64,000 nt of DNA, from NCBI RefSeq assembly GCF_018334015.1, contig NZ_JAGXTI010000002.1; one strand, 5' to 3'. The stretch is from Silanimonas sp. GTDB lineage: Bacteria > Pseudomonadota > Gammaproteobacteria > Xanthomonadales > Xanthomonadaceae. Positions within the stretch are counted from its first letter, which is position 1. Every line of letters starts with the position of its first letter. Below are positions 1 through 11,644 of the stretch, piece by piece. The notes beneath the pieces are model-generated. The model was not told the DNA's origin and did not search any database. It saw only the letters and a list, made by a program, of their open reading frames with translations. Both the position numbers and the translations under genes were made by a program.

Positions 1-409
1 GATCGGCCAGCGCCAGCTCGGTGACGATGGTCTCGATGTCGGCGATCGGATCGACCCGGCCCGAGACGTGCACCACGTTCTCGTCGTCGAAACAGCGCAC
101 CACGTTGACGATGGCGTCGGTCTCGCGGATGTTGGCGAGGAACTGATTACCCAGGCCCTCGCCCTTGCTGGCACCGGCCACCAGGCCGGCGATGTCGACG
201 AACTCGACGATGGCCGGCTGCACTTTCTGCGGCTTGACGATGGCGGCGAGCTGCTGCAGGCGCGGGTCGGGCACCTCGACGATGCCGACATTCGGCTCGA
301 TGGTGCAGAACGGGTAGTTCTCGGCAGCGATGCCGGCCTTCGTCAGCGCGTTGAAAAGGGTGGACTTGCCGACGTTCGGCAGGCCGACGATGCCGCACTT
401 GATGCCCAT
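1..409 (-). CDS. ychF: Redox-regulated ATPase YchF, N-terminal part (truncated by window edge)
   Basis: Reverse translation from the ATG at 407-409 gives [36 protein letters not shown] (P-loop GxxxxGKS, typical YchF N-terminus). It runs off the left edge, so it is absent from the ORF track. The ychF-pth neighbourhood is conserved. Confidence 0.9.
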   Translation of the reverse strand, partial: MGIKCGIVGLPNVGKSTLFNALTKAGIAAENYPFCTIEPNVGIVEVPDPRLQQLAAIVKPQKVQPAIVEFVDIAGLVAGASKGEGLGNQFLANIRETDAIVNVVRCFDDENVVHVSGRVDPIADIETIVTELALAD

Positions 410-445
410 GGTGACTCCGGTTCGGTGGCGCTTCGCGCGGTACGC

Positions 446-1030
446 TCAGCGTGAGACGGGGGTGTGGAGGCGCTTCATCGCCTCGTTGAAATCGCCGGCG
501 AGCGCCAGCGGCAGCGCGCTGAGCGCGTCAGCGATGGCGGCGCGGATGGCAGCTTCGTCGTCGCGGCCGGGGCGGCCGAGCACCCAGGGCGTGACCTTGG
601 TCTTGTCGCCGGGGTGGCCGATGCCGACCCGCAGGCGGTGGAATTTGCCGTGGCCCAACTGCGCCACGATGTCGCGCAGGCCGTTCTGGCCACCGTGGCC
701 GCCGTCGAACTTGAGGCGGGCCACGCCGGGGACGAGGTCGAGCTCGTCGTGGGCGACGAGGCAATGCTCGGGCTCGATCTTCCAGTAGCGCAGTGCCGCG
801 ACCACCGAGCGGCCGCAGGCGTTCATGTAGGTGCTGGGCTTGAGCAGCCACAGCGTGTGGCCGGCGAAATCGGCTTTGGCGACCTCGCCGTGCAGCTTGG
901 CATCGATGCCCCAGCGGGCGTTCGCCTGCTCTGCCAGGGCGTCGATAAACCAGAACCCGGCGTTGTGCCGGGTCCGGTCGTACTCGGCACCCGGATTCCC
1001 GAGGCCGATGATGAGGCGCAAGCCCGCCAT
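446..1030 (-). CDS. pth: Peptidyl-tRNA hydrolase
   Basis: MAGLRLIIGLGNPGAEYDRTRHNAGFW is the canonical Pth N-terminus. The ATG at 1028-1030 was chosen inside the longer 446-1210 ORF. An alternative ATG lies at 1045. Confidence 0.92.
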   Translation of the reverse strand: MAGLRLIIGLGNPGAEYDRTRHNAGFWFIDALAEQANARWGIDAKLHGEVAKADFAGHTLWLLKPSTYMNACGRSVVAALRYWKIEPEHCLVAHDELDLVPGVARLKFDGGHGGQNGLRDIVAQLGHGKFHRLRVGIGHPGDKTKVTPWVLGRPGRDDEAAIRAAIADALSALPLALAGDFNEAMKRLHTPVSR

Positions 1031-1091
1031 CGTTGATTCCGTCATCGCAACCCGCCGTGGCGCCGCTTGCGCGACGCCACGGACGGCACGA

Positions 1092-1784
1092 TCACTTCTT
1101 CTTCGGCTTGGCCGGAGCAGCAGCGGCGGCCGGCGCGGCCGCGGCCTTGGCGGCCTTGGTGCTCGGCACTTCGGCGGCGGTCGGCACAGCGGCGACGTCC
1201 TCGACGGCACGGGCGTGCTTGGCGATCACGACGGCGAGATCGTGCTCCTTGCCCAGCTTCAGCTCCGGGATGGTGACACCGGCCGGCAGCTTGAGCGCCG
1301 ACAGGTGGACGATGTCGCCGACACTGAGCGCCGAGAGGTCGACCTCGATGAACTCCGGCAGGTCCTTCGGCAGGGCCGAAACCTCGACGTCATTCAGTTC
1401 GTGGGTGATGACCACACCGGCCAGCTTGCCGGCCGGCGAGATGTCCTGGTTGATGAAGTGCAGCGGCACCTTGAAGCGGATCGGCGCGTTCTCGTCGATG
1501 CGCTGGAAGTCGACGTGCATGACGATCTGCTTGTAGGGATGCCGTTGCAGGTCACGCAGCAGCACTTTCTGCACGCTGCCGTCGATATCGAGACCGAGGA
1601 TGGAGGCGTAGAACCACTCGTTCTGCTGGATCAGCCAGAGCTTCTCGTGGTTGAGCTGGATCGGCTGCGGTGTGCCGTGGGCGCCGTAGACGATGCCCGG
1701 AACCTGGCCGGCACGACGCAGGCGGCGGCTCGCACCCTTCCCTTCGTCCTTGCGGCTGGTGGCGTTGATGGTGTGTTTGGACAT
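1092..1784 (-). CDS. rplY: 50S ribosomal protein L25 / general stress protein Ctc (long form)
   Basis: 230-aa ORF starting MSKHTINATSRKDEGKGASRRLRRAGQVPGIVYG, with an Ala/Lys-rich C-terminal tail. Sits between prs and pth as in many proteobacteria. Confidence 0.9.
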   Translation of the reverse strand: MSKHTINATSRKDEGKGASRRLRRAGQVPGIVYGAHGTPQPIQLNHEKLWLIQQNEWFYASILGLDIDGSVQKVLLRDLQRHPYKQIVMHVDFQRIDENAPIRFKVPLHFINQDISPAGKLAGVVITHELNDVEVSALPKDLPEFIEVDLSALSVGDIVHLSALKLPAGVTIPELKLGKEHDLAVVIAKHARAVEDVAAVPTAAEVPSTKAAKAAAAPAAAAAPAKPKKK

Positions 1785-1859
1785 GGTGGTGTTGCCTTGC
1801 TGGGGATGGACCGCCTTGCGGCGGCTTGGACACTGTCCCGCGACCAGGACAGTGGAAAC

Positions 1860-2816
1860 TCAATCGACGTACAGCTCGGAAACCGACTCGCCATAAGCGA
1901 TACGGCGGACGGTTTCGGCGAGCAGTTCGGCGACGCTGAGCTGGCGGATGCGCGGGCACAGGCGCGCGGTCTCGGCCAGCGGAATGGTGTCGGTGACCAC
2001 CAGCTCGTCGAGCTGGCTGTTGGTGATGTTGCTGATGGCCGCACCCGAGAGCACCGGATGGGTGCAATAGGCGACCACCTTGCGGGCACCGTGGCTCTTG
2101 AGGGCGACGGCGGCGGCGCAGAGCGTGCCGGCGGTGTCGACGATGTCATCGACCAGCACGCAGGTCTTGCCCTCGACATCGCCGATGATGTTCATCACGG
2201 TCGAGACGTTGGCGCGCGGCCGGCGCTTGTCGATGATGGCGAGATCGGCATCATCAAGGCGCTTGGCGATGCTGCGCGCCCGCACCACCCCGCCGACATC
2301 GGGCGAGACGACGATCAGGTTCTCGGTGCCGTGGTTGCGCCAGATGTCGGCCAGCATCAGCGGCGAGGAGTAGACGTTGTCGACCGGGATGTCGAAGAAG
2401 CCCTGGATCTGGTCGGCGTGCAGATCGATGGTGAGCAGGCGGTCGACACCGACCGCGGTGAACATCTTGGCGGCCACCTTGGCGGTGATCGGCACCCGCG
2501 CCGAGCGCGGCCGGCGATCCTGCCGGGCGTAGCCGAAATACGGCACCACCGCGGTGATGCTGGCGACCGAGGCGCGCTTCAGCGCATCGACCAGCACCAG
2601 CAGCTCCATCAGGTTCTCGGCGGTCGGCGCGCAGGTCGGCTGCAGCACGTAGACGTCCTGGGCGCGCACCGTCTCCTCGATCTCGACCTGCACCTCGCCG
2701 TCGGAAAACCGGCCGACCAGGGCCTTGCCGAGCGGCACGCCCAATTCGCGGCACACCGACAGCGCCAAGGGACGGTTGGCGTTGCCGGTGAACAGCAGCA
2801 GGTTCTGCTTGCGCAT
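1860..2816 (-). CDS. prs: Ribose-phosphate pyrophosphokinase
   Basis: Starts [18 protein letters not shown] and contains GYARQDRR and [12 protein letters not shown] (PRPP-binding loop). The ATG at 2814-2816 lies inside the longer 1860-3260 ORF. Confidence 0.93.
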   Translation of the reverse strand: MRKQNLLLFTGNANRPLALSVCRELGVPLGKALVGRFSDGEVQVEIEETVRAQDVYVLQPTCAPTAENLMELLVLVDALKRASVASITAVVPYFGYARQDRRPRSARVPITAKVAAKMFTAVGVDRLLTIDLHADQIQGFFDIPVDNVYSSPLMLADIWRNHGTENLIVVSPDVGGVVRARSIAKRLDDADLAIIDKRRPRANVSTVMNIIGDVEGKTCVLVDDIVDTAGTLCAAAVALKSHGARKVVAYCTHPVLSGAAISNITNSQLDELVVTDTIPLAETARLCPRIRQLSVAELLAETVRRIAYGESVSELYVD

Positions 2817-2856
2817 GCGCTTGGGCTCCGGGAGGGTGCGGCCGGGCGGAACGGTG

Positions 2857-2933
2857 TGGCAGGGGCGGTAGGATTCGAACCTACGGATGCCGGGATCAAA
2901 ACCCGGTGCCTTGGGCCGCTTGGCGACGCCCCT
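2857..2933 (-). tRNA. tRNA-Gln (anticodon UUG)
   Basis: The reverse complement reads AGGGGCGTCGCCAAGCGGCCCAAGGCACCGGGTTTTGATCCCGGCATCCGTAGGTTCGAATCCTACCGCCCCTGCCA. It has a 7-bp acceptor stem, anticodon stem CCGGG/CCCGG with loop TTTTGAT (anticodon TTG), a GTTCGAATC T-loop and an encoded CCA. It closely resembles E. coli tRNA-Gln. Folded by hand only. Confidence 0.85.
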
Positions 2934-3867
2934 ACGAAAAATGCTGCCGCGGCAACGAGGCCGCGCCCGCCGGCACCCGGCCTTCGAGCGCGGCCCCGAG
3001 GGGCGAGCGGTCGATGCCGGCGCAGGCCCGACAAGCCCAGCCCTCGGCCGCCAGCTCCTGCTGCGCCGCCAAGGCCCCGGCCCGCGAGGGCAATTCGACA
3101 AAGCAAGCGCCCCCGGTTCCGGTGAGCCTTGCATCGCCGAATGCCCCCAGGCGGTCCAGCAGCCCTGCCACGAGCGGCGCGCGCTGGCGCAGCACCGGCT
3201 CGAAGGCATTGCCGAGGACCGTCCCGGAAAGGAAGTCGACGATTGTAGCCGGGGCGGCATCCCGAATCAAATCAGGGGCTTGGAACAGTTCGGCGGTGGG
3301 CACCGCAACCCCGGGGTCGGCCACCAGGTAATGCCGTTCGCCAAGCGTCAAGGGCACCAGCACCTCGCCCACGCCCTCCGCCCAGGCGCTCCGGCCATGG
3401 ACGAACACCGGCACGTCGGCGCCAAGGCTCAGGCCCAGCGCGGCCAGCCGCTCGAGGCCGAAGCCGGTGCCCCAGAGGACGTCGAGCGCCACCAGCACGC
3501 TGGCGGCATCCGAGGAACCGCCGCCAAGTCCGCCCCCGACCGGGATGCGCTTCTCGACGAAGAGCTCGACCCCGCGATCAAGCTTCGCCGATGCCTGCAG
3601 TGCGCTGGCGGCGCGCACGACCAGATCGCGGCTGCTGTCCGGGGCGTAGGCCGGCTCGCCGAGGCGGACGATGGCCCTGTCGCGGCGTGGCCGCAGCCAG
3701 ACCGTGTCGCCCCAGTCGAGCAGTTGGAAGACCGTCTGCAGGGCGTGGTAGCCGTCGGGGCGGCGGCCGGTGATGGCCAGAAACAGATTGAGCTTGGCCG
3801 GCGCCGGGACCGGGCACCAGCCCGCCGCCGGCTCGATGCCGGCGGGACGCGGCAAAGGCTGGGGCAT
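2932..3867 (-). CDS. ispE: 4-diphosphocytidyl-2-C-methyl-D-erythritol kinase
   Basis: [21 protein letters not shown] and [15 protein letters not shown] (GHMP kinase motif). ATG at 3865-3867. The stop codon overlaps the tRNA 5' end by 2 nt. Confidence 0.9.
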   Translation of the reverse strand: MPQPLPRPAGIEPAAGWCPVPAPAKLNLFLAITGRRPDGYHALQTVFQLLDWGDTVWLRPRRDRAIVRLGEPAYAPDSSRDLVVRAASALQASAKLDRGVELFVEKRIPVGGGLGGGSSDAASVLVALDVLWGTGFGLERLAALGLSLGADVPVFVHGRSAWAEGVGEVLVPLTLGERHYLVADPGVAVPTAELFQAPDLIRDAAPATIVDFLSGTVLGNAFEPVLRQRAPLVAGLLDRLGAFGDARLTGTGGACFVELPSRAGALAAQQELAAEGWACRACAGIDRSPLGAALEGRVPAGAASLPRQHFS

Positions 3868-3872
3868 GCCGC

Positions 3873-4502
3873 TCACGGCGCGCCGCCGTCCACGCCGAGC
3901 GTCCACTCGCTCACCACGATCCGCACCGTGAGCGCATCGCGTTCGGCGAACAGCCGGCGCGGCAGCGGCGGCTCACCCGGCCACCAGTCGCGGTATTCAA
4001 GACGCCAGCCGGCCTGTTGCCAGCCAAGCGGCCGGCCCACGGCATCGAAAGCGATGGCGGCGACCGGCCCGGCACCGCGCATGCCGCGCACCCAGGCCGG
4101 GAACTGCGCCACCGGCAGTGCCCAGCCGGTGGCCTCGAGCAGCAGACGCTCGGCATCGGCGGCCTCGCGCGGACCGCCCTCCAGGCCATCGAGCCGGGCC
4201 CAGCCCGGCCGACCGGCCAGCCGCAGGCTGCGGCCGGTGACCGGCGCCTGCAGTTGGATGTCGAAGGCCTCGCCACGCTGCCGCCAGTCGATCTGCACGG
4301 TGGCGGATTCGCGACCGTCGGCGAAGGCCGCGCGACCGCGCAGCCGCCAGTCGGGCTGGGCGGCGAGTTCCGCCTCGCGCGCCGCCTGGGTGGCCCAGAA
4401 CACCGGATCCAGCCCGGCACCGGCGGCCGGTGCCAAGGGCCGATGGCTGGCGCAGGCCGCCAGCAGCAGCACCGGCAACAGGAGGGGCAGCAGGCGGCTC
4501 AT
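3873..4502 (-). CDS. lolB: Outer-membrane lipoprotein LolB
   Basis: MSRLLPLLLPVLLLAAC is a signal peptide plus lipobox. About 209 aa. Conserved position between ispE and the TPR gene. ATG at 4500-4502 inside a much longer shadow ORF. Confidence 0.8.
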   Translation of the reverse strand: MSRLLPLLLPVLLLAACASHRPLAPAAGAGLDPVFWATQAAREAELAAQPDWRLRGRAAFADGRESATVQIDWRQRGEAFDIQLQAPVTGRSLRLAGRPGWARLDGLEGGPREAADAERLLLEATGWALPVAQFPAWVRGMRGAGPVAAIAFDAVGRPLGWQQAGWRLEYRDWWPGEPPLPRRLFAERDALTVRIVVSEWTLGVDGGAP

Positions 4503-6073
4503 CGGCCGTAGCGTCGCACGGTGTCGGCCAGCACCGGATCGCCAGGATCGAGCGCGCGACCGCGCTGCCAGGCGCGCAAGGCGGCGTCGCGGTCGCCAAG
4601 CAGCCAGAGCGCCTCGCCCCAGATCGCCGCCGTGGGTGCGCCCGGCTCCTCGATCCAGGCCCGGGCCAGCACCGCCTCGGCTTCGCGCGGTCGGCGCTCG
4701 GCCAGCAGCAAGGCGCCGAGGGCACGCAGGGCCGGCGCGTGGCGGGGGTCGCGGGCGAGGATGCCGCGCAGTTCGGCCTCGGCCTCGGCGCTGCGGCCGG
4801 CGGCTCGGGCCAGCCGGGCGCGGGCGACACGCAGGCCGGGATCGTCCTCCAGCACCGCGAGGCCGCGGCCGAGCACGGCGGCCGCGGCGGCGCGGTCGCC
4901 CCGGGCCTCGGCCTGGTCGGCTTCGGCCAGGAAGGCATCGCGGCGCAGGGCGCCGTCGGCCTGCTCGTCGGTCTGCAGGGCAATCAAGACCGCGCGGGCC
5001 TCCTCGCCACGCCCCTGCCGGCCGAGCACGGCACCGAGCCGCAGCCGCGCCCGCTGCCCGGCCTCGCCACGATCGACCCGCCGGTACCAGCGTTCGGCCG
5101 CCGGCCAGTCCTGCCGGCGCTCGGCGATCTCGCCGGCCAGCAGGGCAAGCGCCGGCTGTTGCGGGTCGGCCAGGGCGGCGGCCTCGACCTCCAGCCCCAG
5201 CTCGCCCAGCGCATCGAGTCGGCCGGCCCGCGTCAACCAGCCCGCGCGCAGGCTGAGGCTCTGGATGTCCTGCGGCCCATCGGCCAAGGCCTGTGCCGCG
5301 CCCTGCGGATCGCCCAGCACGGCCAGCGCCTCGGCGGCGATCCGCCGCTGCCCGGTGGCCAGACCATCGCGGGCCAGCACCCGCCGGATTTCGGCGCGTG
5401 CGGCATCGCGCTGGCCGGCCCGGGCCAGCCGCTCGGCGCGCAGCAGGCCGGCACGCGGGTCGTCGGGGAAACGCCGCACCAGGGCATCGATCCACTGCCC
5501 GGCCAGATGGGCATCGCCCAGGCCCTGCGCCGCGCCGGCCAGGGCCAGCCAGTCTTCGATCCGCGCCACCGCCGGCTCGGGCAGCAGCAGGGCACGCAGG
5601 GCGGCGCGGGCCATCACCCCGCGGTCGGGGTAGGGCCGGGTCAGGGCCGAAGCCACCCGGCGCGCGCCCTCGGGCTGCGCCAGCAAGCGCCGGGCGGTGA
5701 GCACGGCGGCCTCCAGCTCGCCCTGCACCAGATGGAAGCGCAGGGCCAGCGCATCGCGGACCGGTGATTCCGGCTCCAAGGCGGTCCAGCGCGCGAGCGC
5801 GGCCTCGGCCCGCCGATGGTCGTCGGCCTCGATGGCCGCGAGCAGGGCCAGGGCGGCCAGGCCACGATCATCGGCCGCCTGCGCCGCCGCCAACTGCCAA
5901 GCCGCCGCCACCTCGCGATCGCCGGTCTGGCGGGCGAATTCGGCGGCCAGCAGCGCGGTCAGGGCGTCCGGCGTCGCGCTGGCCGCGGCGGCAGGCGTCG
6001 ATCCGGCGCTGGGCGGGATGGCAAGGAGCAGGACCGCCAGCACGGGCGCCAGGCTCCGGGAACGGCGATTCAT
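4499..6073 (-). CDS. Tetratricopeptide-repeat protein with signal peptide
   Basis: MNRRSRSLAPVLAVLLLAIPPSAG signal sequence followed by an Ala/Leu/Arg-rich repetitive TPR-like sequence. TCAT overlap with the lolB start. Divergent from hemA, as in Pseudomonas and Xanthomonas. Confidence 0.7.
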   Translation of the reverse strand: MNRRSRSLAPVLAVLLLAIPPSAGSTPAAAASATPDALTALLAAEFARQTGDREVAAAWQLAAAQAADDRGLAALALLAAIEADDHRRAEAALARWTALEPESPVRDALALRFHLVQGELEAAVLTARRLLAQPEGARRVASALTRPYPDRGVMARAALRALLLPEPAVARIEDWLALAGAAQGLGDAHLAGQWIDALVRRFPDDPRAGLLRAERLARAGQRDAARAEIRRVLARDGLATGQRRIAAEALAVLGDPQGAAQALADGPQDIQSLSLRAGWLTRAGRLDALGELGLEVEAAALADPQQPALALLAGEIAERRQDWPAAERWYRRVDRGEAGQRARLRLGAVLGRQGRGEEARAVLIALQTDEQADGALRRDAFLAEADQAEARGDRAAAAAVLGRGLAVLEDDPGLRVARARLARAAGRSAEAEAELRGILARDPRHAPALRALGALLLAERRPREAEAVLARAWIEEPGAPTAAIWGEALWLLGDRDAALRAWQRGRALDPGDPVLADTVRRYGR

Positions 6074-6130
6074 CGGCACTCCTAAGGCAGGCCGCTAGAA
6101 TAGCCTTCGCACCGCCGCAGCGCGCCCGCC

Positions 6131-7413
6131 ATGCCCCTGATCGCCCTAGGAGTGAACCACCAGACCGCGCCCGTCGATGTGCGCGAACGGGTGGCCGTGG
6201 GCGATGCGCAACTGCCCGCCACCCTGCGCAGCCTGTTGGCCGTGCCCGGTGTGGAGGAAGCCGCCCTGCTCTCCACCTGCAACCGCACCGAGTTGTATGC
6301 CCACCTCGACAACGGCGCCGCACCCGATCTCATCGGCTGGATGGCGCAGCAGCACGGCATCGATCGCCATGCACTCGCCACCTACACCTACCAGCACCAC
6401 GAGGCCGAAGCGGCGCGGCATCTGTTCCGGGTCGCCACCGGCCTCGATTCGCTGGTGCTGGGCGAGCCGCAGATCCTGGGCCAGGTCAAGGCCGCCTGGC
6501 AGTCGGCGCGGGGTGCCGGCAGCCTGCGCACACCGCTCGACCGCCTGTTCCAGCACGGCTTCCAGGTCGCCAAGCGGGTGCGCACCGACACCCGCATCGG
6601 CGCCCATCCGGTTTCGGTGGCCTACGCTGGTGTGCGTCTGGTGCGCCAGGTGTTCGCCGAACTCGACCGCGCCACCGTGCTGCTGATCGGCGCCGGCGAC
6701 ACCATCGAGCTGGCGGCCAAGCACCTGGTCAATGCCGATGCCAAGCGCCTGCTGATCGCCAACCGCACGCTGGAGCACGCCCAGGCCCTGGCCTCGCGGG
6801 TCGGCGGCTATGCCCTGGCCCTGAGCGAGACCGCACGCCACCTGCCCGAGGCCGATGTGGTGATCTCGGCCACCGCCGCCCGCGAGCCGGTGCTGCGGGC
6901 GGCGACGGTGCGCGAGGCGCTGAAGGCCCGCCGCCAGCGGCCGATGTTCCTGCTCGACCTCGCGGTGCCGCGTGACATCGAAGCGGCAGTGGCCGATCTG
7001 CCCGACGCCTACCTCTACACGGTCGACGACCTCGAACAGGTCATCAGCGAGAACAAGGCATCGCGCCAGATGGCGGCCGAACAGGCCGAGGTGATCATCG
7101 AACTCGCGGTCGAACACTACATGGCCTGGTGGCGGGCGCAGGATCGCCAGGACAGCCTGCGCGCCCTGCGCCGCAGCGCCGAGCGCGCCAAGGCCCTGGC
7201 CCTGGAGCGTGCCCGCGAGCGCCTCGCCAGCGGTGAACCGGCCGAAGCCGTGATGGCGCGACTGGCCCACCAGCTCACCAACCAGCTCCTGCATTCGCCC
7301 TCGACCGCCTTGCGCCAGGCGGCGATCGAAGGCGACAGCAGCCTGCTGGCGGCGGCGGCACGGCTGTTTCCCGATCCGGACGCAACGCCGCCCGGCACGC
7401 CCCCCGAGCGCGG

Positions 7414-7417
<4 letters not shown>
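6131..7417 (+). CDS. hemA: Glutamyl-tRNA reductase
   Basis: [31 protein letters not shown] (catalytic Cys) and [11 protein letters not shown] (NADPH-binding). 428 aa. Confidence 0.95.
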
Positions 7418-8499
<1,082 letters not shown>

Positions 8500-8503
8500 G
8501 GGC

Positions 8504-9322
8504 ATGCAGGAACGGCTGCGGAAGAAGGACTACCTGGAACGGCTGGCGCCCCTGCAACTCGCCCTCGCCGATGTCGAGCGCTGGGTGGCGGCTACCGGCC
8601 AGCGCCTGCTGCTGCTGGTCGAGGGCCGCGATGCCGCCGGCAAGGGTGGTGTGGTCCGCGCCCTCGCCGAAACCCTGAACCCGCGCCATTGCCGGGTCGT
8701 GGCGCTCGATAAACCGAGCGACCGCGAGCGCGGGCAGTGGTATTTCCAGCGCTACGTGGCGCAACTGCCGGCGCGCGGCGAGATCGTGCTGATGGACCGC
8801 AGCTGGTACAACCGCGCCGGCGTCGAGAAGGTGATGGGCTACTGCAGCGAATCCGAATACCGGCACTTCCTCGCCCAGGCACCGGTGTTCGAGTCGCTGC
8901 TGGTCGATGACGGCATCCTGCTCGCCAAGTACTGGCTGGGCGTCGATCAGGCGCAGCAGGAGCAGCGCTTCGCCGAACGCGCCATCGATCCCCTGAAACG
9001 CTGGAAGCTCTCGCCGGTCGATCTCAAGGCGCGCGAACACTACGCCGAATACGGCAAGGCCCGCGAGGCCATGCTGGCGGTGACGCACACCGCGCAGGCC
9101 CCCTGGACCATCGTCGATTTCAACGACCAGCGCCGTGGCCGGCTGAGCCTGATCCGCCACTGGCTGGAACAGCTGCCGTGCCAGGTGACACCGGAAAAAC
9201 GCCTGCGCCTGCCGCCGCTCGGCCACCGGCCGCTGCCGGAACGCTGGGGAGTGCTGGCACCGATCGCCGACAGCTCGGAGCGGACCGATCGACCGTCATT
9301 CACTCGCGCAAAGCGGAAGTGA
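8504..9322 (+). CDS. ppk2: Polyphosphate kinase 2 family protein
   Basis: VEGRDAAGKGG (Walker A), QWYFQRY and DRSWYNRAG are typical PPK2 signatures. ATG at 8504, just after the prfA stop. An alternative ATG at 8468 would overlap prfA. Confidence 0.85.
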   Translation: MQERLRKKDYLERLAPLQLALADVERWVAATGQRLLLLVEGRDAAGKGGVVRALAETLNPRHCRVVALDKPSDRERGQWYFQRYVAQLPARGEIVLMDRSWYNRAGVEKVMGYCSESEYRHFLAQAPVFESLLVDDGILLAKYWLGVDQAQQEQRFAERAIDPLKRWKLSPVDLKAREHYAEYGKAREAMLAVTHTAQAPWTIVDFNDQRRGRLSLIRHWLEQLPCQVTPEKRLRLPPLGHRPLPERWGVLAPIADSSERTDRPSFTRAKRK

Positions 9323-10478
9323 CCGGAATGCGCGCCGCCCGCAGTGCCGGCGCCAGCCCGCCGATGAAACCGATGAGCAGGGCGAGACCGAGACCGAAGC
9401 CGACCAGGGCCGGCGTCACCGCGAACTCGAAAGCGATCTGGGTGAAACCACCACCGAGCGTCGAGACCGCGTAGCCGTTGAAGGCGGCATAGGCCAGCAG
9501 CGCGCCGAGCAGACCACCGGCCAGGCTCAGCAGCAGTGCCTCGGCCATCACCGAGACCAGCACCGGTGCCGCACCGAAGCCGAGCGCCCGCAGGGTGCCG
9601 ATCTCGCGGGTGCGCGCCGAGACCGCCGAATACATGGTGTTGAGCGCACCGAACGCGGCACCGAAGGCCATGATCACCGCCACCACGCCGGCGAGCACGC
9701 CGATCGTGGCGGTGAGGTTGCCGCTCTGGCCTTTGTAGAAATCGAGTTGCGTGCTGGCTTCGACGTCGAGCTGCGGGTTTTCCCTCAGGCGTTCGGCCAT
9801 CACCGGCAGTTCGGCCGGCCGTGCGAGTTGCACCAGCACCGAGGACACCGCCGCCCGCCGCCAGGCGCTCTGCACCGTGCCGACGTCGCTCCACAGCTCG
9901 GAATCGTAGATGCCGCCGCCGGCGAAATGCCCGACCACGGTCCAGGTCGAGCCGCGGAAGCGCAGCGTCCGCCCGACCTCGAGACCGGCGAACTGCTGGG
10001 CCGCGCCGGCACCGACGATCAGCTCCTGCACACCGGGACGGAACAGGCGACCTTGGGTGATGCGGAAATCCTCGCGCAGGCCGAGGCCGACCGGCGGCAG
10101 GCCACGCAGGGTCACGTTGGCACCGGTGCGCTGGCCCGGACGCGGCACTTCGGTGATGACGATCAACTCGGCGCTGGCCAGCGGCATGCCCTCGGCATCG
10201 CGGGCGATCGCCGGATCCTGCTGGATCAGGGTGGCCGAACCGATCGAGAGAAAGCTCGACAACTCGCCATTGCTGCCGCCGCGGGTCACCACCACCTGAT
10301 CGGTGCGTCCGCCGCTGCCGAGGGTCTGCTGCAGGCCGGCCGACATCGAGAGCAGGGCCACCAGCACGCCGACCACGCCGGCGATGCCGACCACGATCAC
10401 CAGGCTCGGCCCGAGCCGCTCGGGGATCGAGCGCAGGTTCATCAGGGTGATCTCACGGATCTGGGTCCAGCGGCTCAT
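9300..10478 (-). CDS. ABC transporter permease, FtsX/MacB-like
   Basis: N-terminal TM helix, a large periplasmic domain, then three C-terminal TM helices (REIGTLRALGF motif). ATGA overlap with the upstream permease gene. Its 3' end overlaps the convergent ppk2 by 23 nt. Confidence 0.8.
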   Translation of the reverse strand: MSRWTQIREITLMNLRSIPERLGPSLVIVVGIAGVVGVLVALLSMSAGLQQTLGSGGRTDQVVVTRGGSNGELSSFLSIGSATLIQQDPAIARDAEGMPLASAELIVITEVPRPGQRTGANVTLRGLPPVGLGLREDFRITQGRLFRPGVQELIVGAGAAQQFAGLEVGRTLRFRGSTWTVVGHFAGGGIYDSELWSDVGTVQSAWRRAAVSSVLVQLARPAELPVMAERLRENPQLDVEASTQLDFYKGQSGNLTATIGVLAGVVAVIMAFGAAFGALNTMYSAVSARTREIGTLRALGFGAAPVLVSVMAEALLLSLAGGLLGALLAYAAFNGYAVSTLGGGFTQIAFEFAVTPALVGFGLGLALLIGFIGGLAPALRAARIPVTSALRE

Positions 10479-11644
10479 GATCCCGTCCGCCCGGCCAGTG
10501 CATCGACGATCTTGAGCCGCTGCGCGGTGAGCGCCGGCGGCAGCCCGACCAGTGCGGTGAGCAGCAGCACGCTGGCTCCGGCCACGGCCCAGACGAAGCC
10601 GTCGGCGGTGATCGGGAACTCCGGCGGCAGGCCCTGCATCACGAGCACGGCAAGCCCCATGCCGGCCAGGGCGCCCAGCGCGCAGAGCACGAAACTCTCG
10701 GCGAGCACGAGGCCCATCACCTGGCGGTCGCGGAAGCCCAGGCACTTGAGCACGGCAAGTTCGGGGATGCGTTCGCGCACCGCCTGGCTCATCGCCACGC
10801 CGGTGAGGAACAGGATCGAGAAGAACACCGCGCCAGTGATGAGGTTGACGATCAGGCCGATGTCACCCAGTTGCCTGAGGAAACCGAGCTGGAACTCCTG
10901 CTCGCTCTGGGTGCGCGTCTCGTCCGAGGAATTGGCGAAGCGGGCGTCGATGGCACTGGCGATGCGTTCGCTGTCACGCGGGTTGTCGACCTGCACCACG
11001 AACACACCGGCCAGGCCGCGTGCGCCGACGGGCCGGCCCTCGTCGAACTGGCCGAAATTGAGGTACATCAGGCCCGTGCGCTTCTGCCATTCCTCGTTGA
11101 CGCCATCGAAGATGCCGACCAGCCGCCACTCCCAGAGTCGCGAACCGTCGGCCCGGGTCCAGATGAAGCTGTTGAGCGGGATGATGTCGCCGACCTCCCA
11201 GCCGTTCTGCTCGGCCAGCACGCGGCCGGCGATGGCGCCGTCGCGGGTCGAGACGAACTGCCGCCAGGCATCCTCCGGCATCAGCCATTCGGGGTAGGTG
11301 TCACGCAGCCGTTGTGGGTTCACCGCGAACTGCGGGAAGAAACTGCGGCCGTCGCCGTACTGCCCACCGAAGAACTGCGAATGCGACACCGCGCGCACGC
11401 CCGGCACCGCCTCGATCTGCGGCATCAGCCGCATCGGCAGCGGCTGGGTGAAGCTGGTGCTGGCCTGGGTGATCAGGCGGTTGACGCCGAGGAAATCGGC
11501 CGCGCCCGAGAACAGCGAGTTCACCGCCTGCAGCAGGCCGAGCAGAGTGAAGGCCGCCACCAGCGAAAGGAAGGTGAGCGTGGTGCGCAGCTTCTTGCGG
11601 GTCAGGCCGGAAACCACCAGCCCGACGTATTTCAGCGCGCTCAC
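10475..11644 (-). CDS. ABC transporter permease, FtsX/MacB-like (second copy)
   Basis: Same architecture as the first permease (LAVLKCLGFRDRQV motif, four TM helices). GTG start overlaps the ATPase stop. Confidence 0.8.
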   Translation of the reverse strand: MSALKYVGLVVSGLTRKKLRTTLTFLSLVAAFTLLGLLQAVNSLFSGAADFLGVNRLITQASTSFTQPLPMRLMPQIEAVPGVRAVSHSQFFGGQYGDGRSFFPQFAVNPQRLRDTYPEWLMPEDAWRQFVSTRDGAIAGRVLAEQNGWEVGDIIPLNSFIWTRADGSRLWEWRLVGIFDGVNEEWQKRTGLMYLNFGQFDEGRPVGARGLAGVFVVQVDNPRDSERIASAIDARFANSSDETRTQSEQEFQLGFLRQLGDIGLIVNLITGAVFFSILFLTGVAMSQAVRERIPELAVLKCLGFRDRQVMGLVLAESFVLCALGALAGMGLAVLVMQGLPPEFPITADGFVWAVAGASVLLLTALVGLPPALTAQRLKIVDALAGRTGS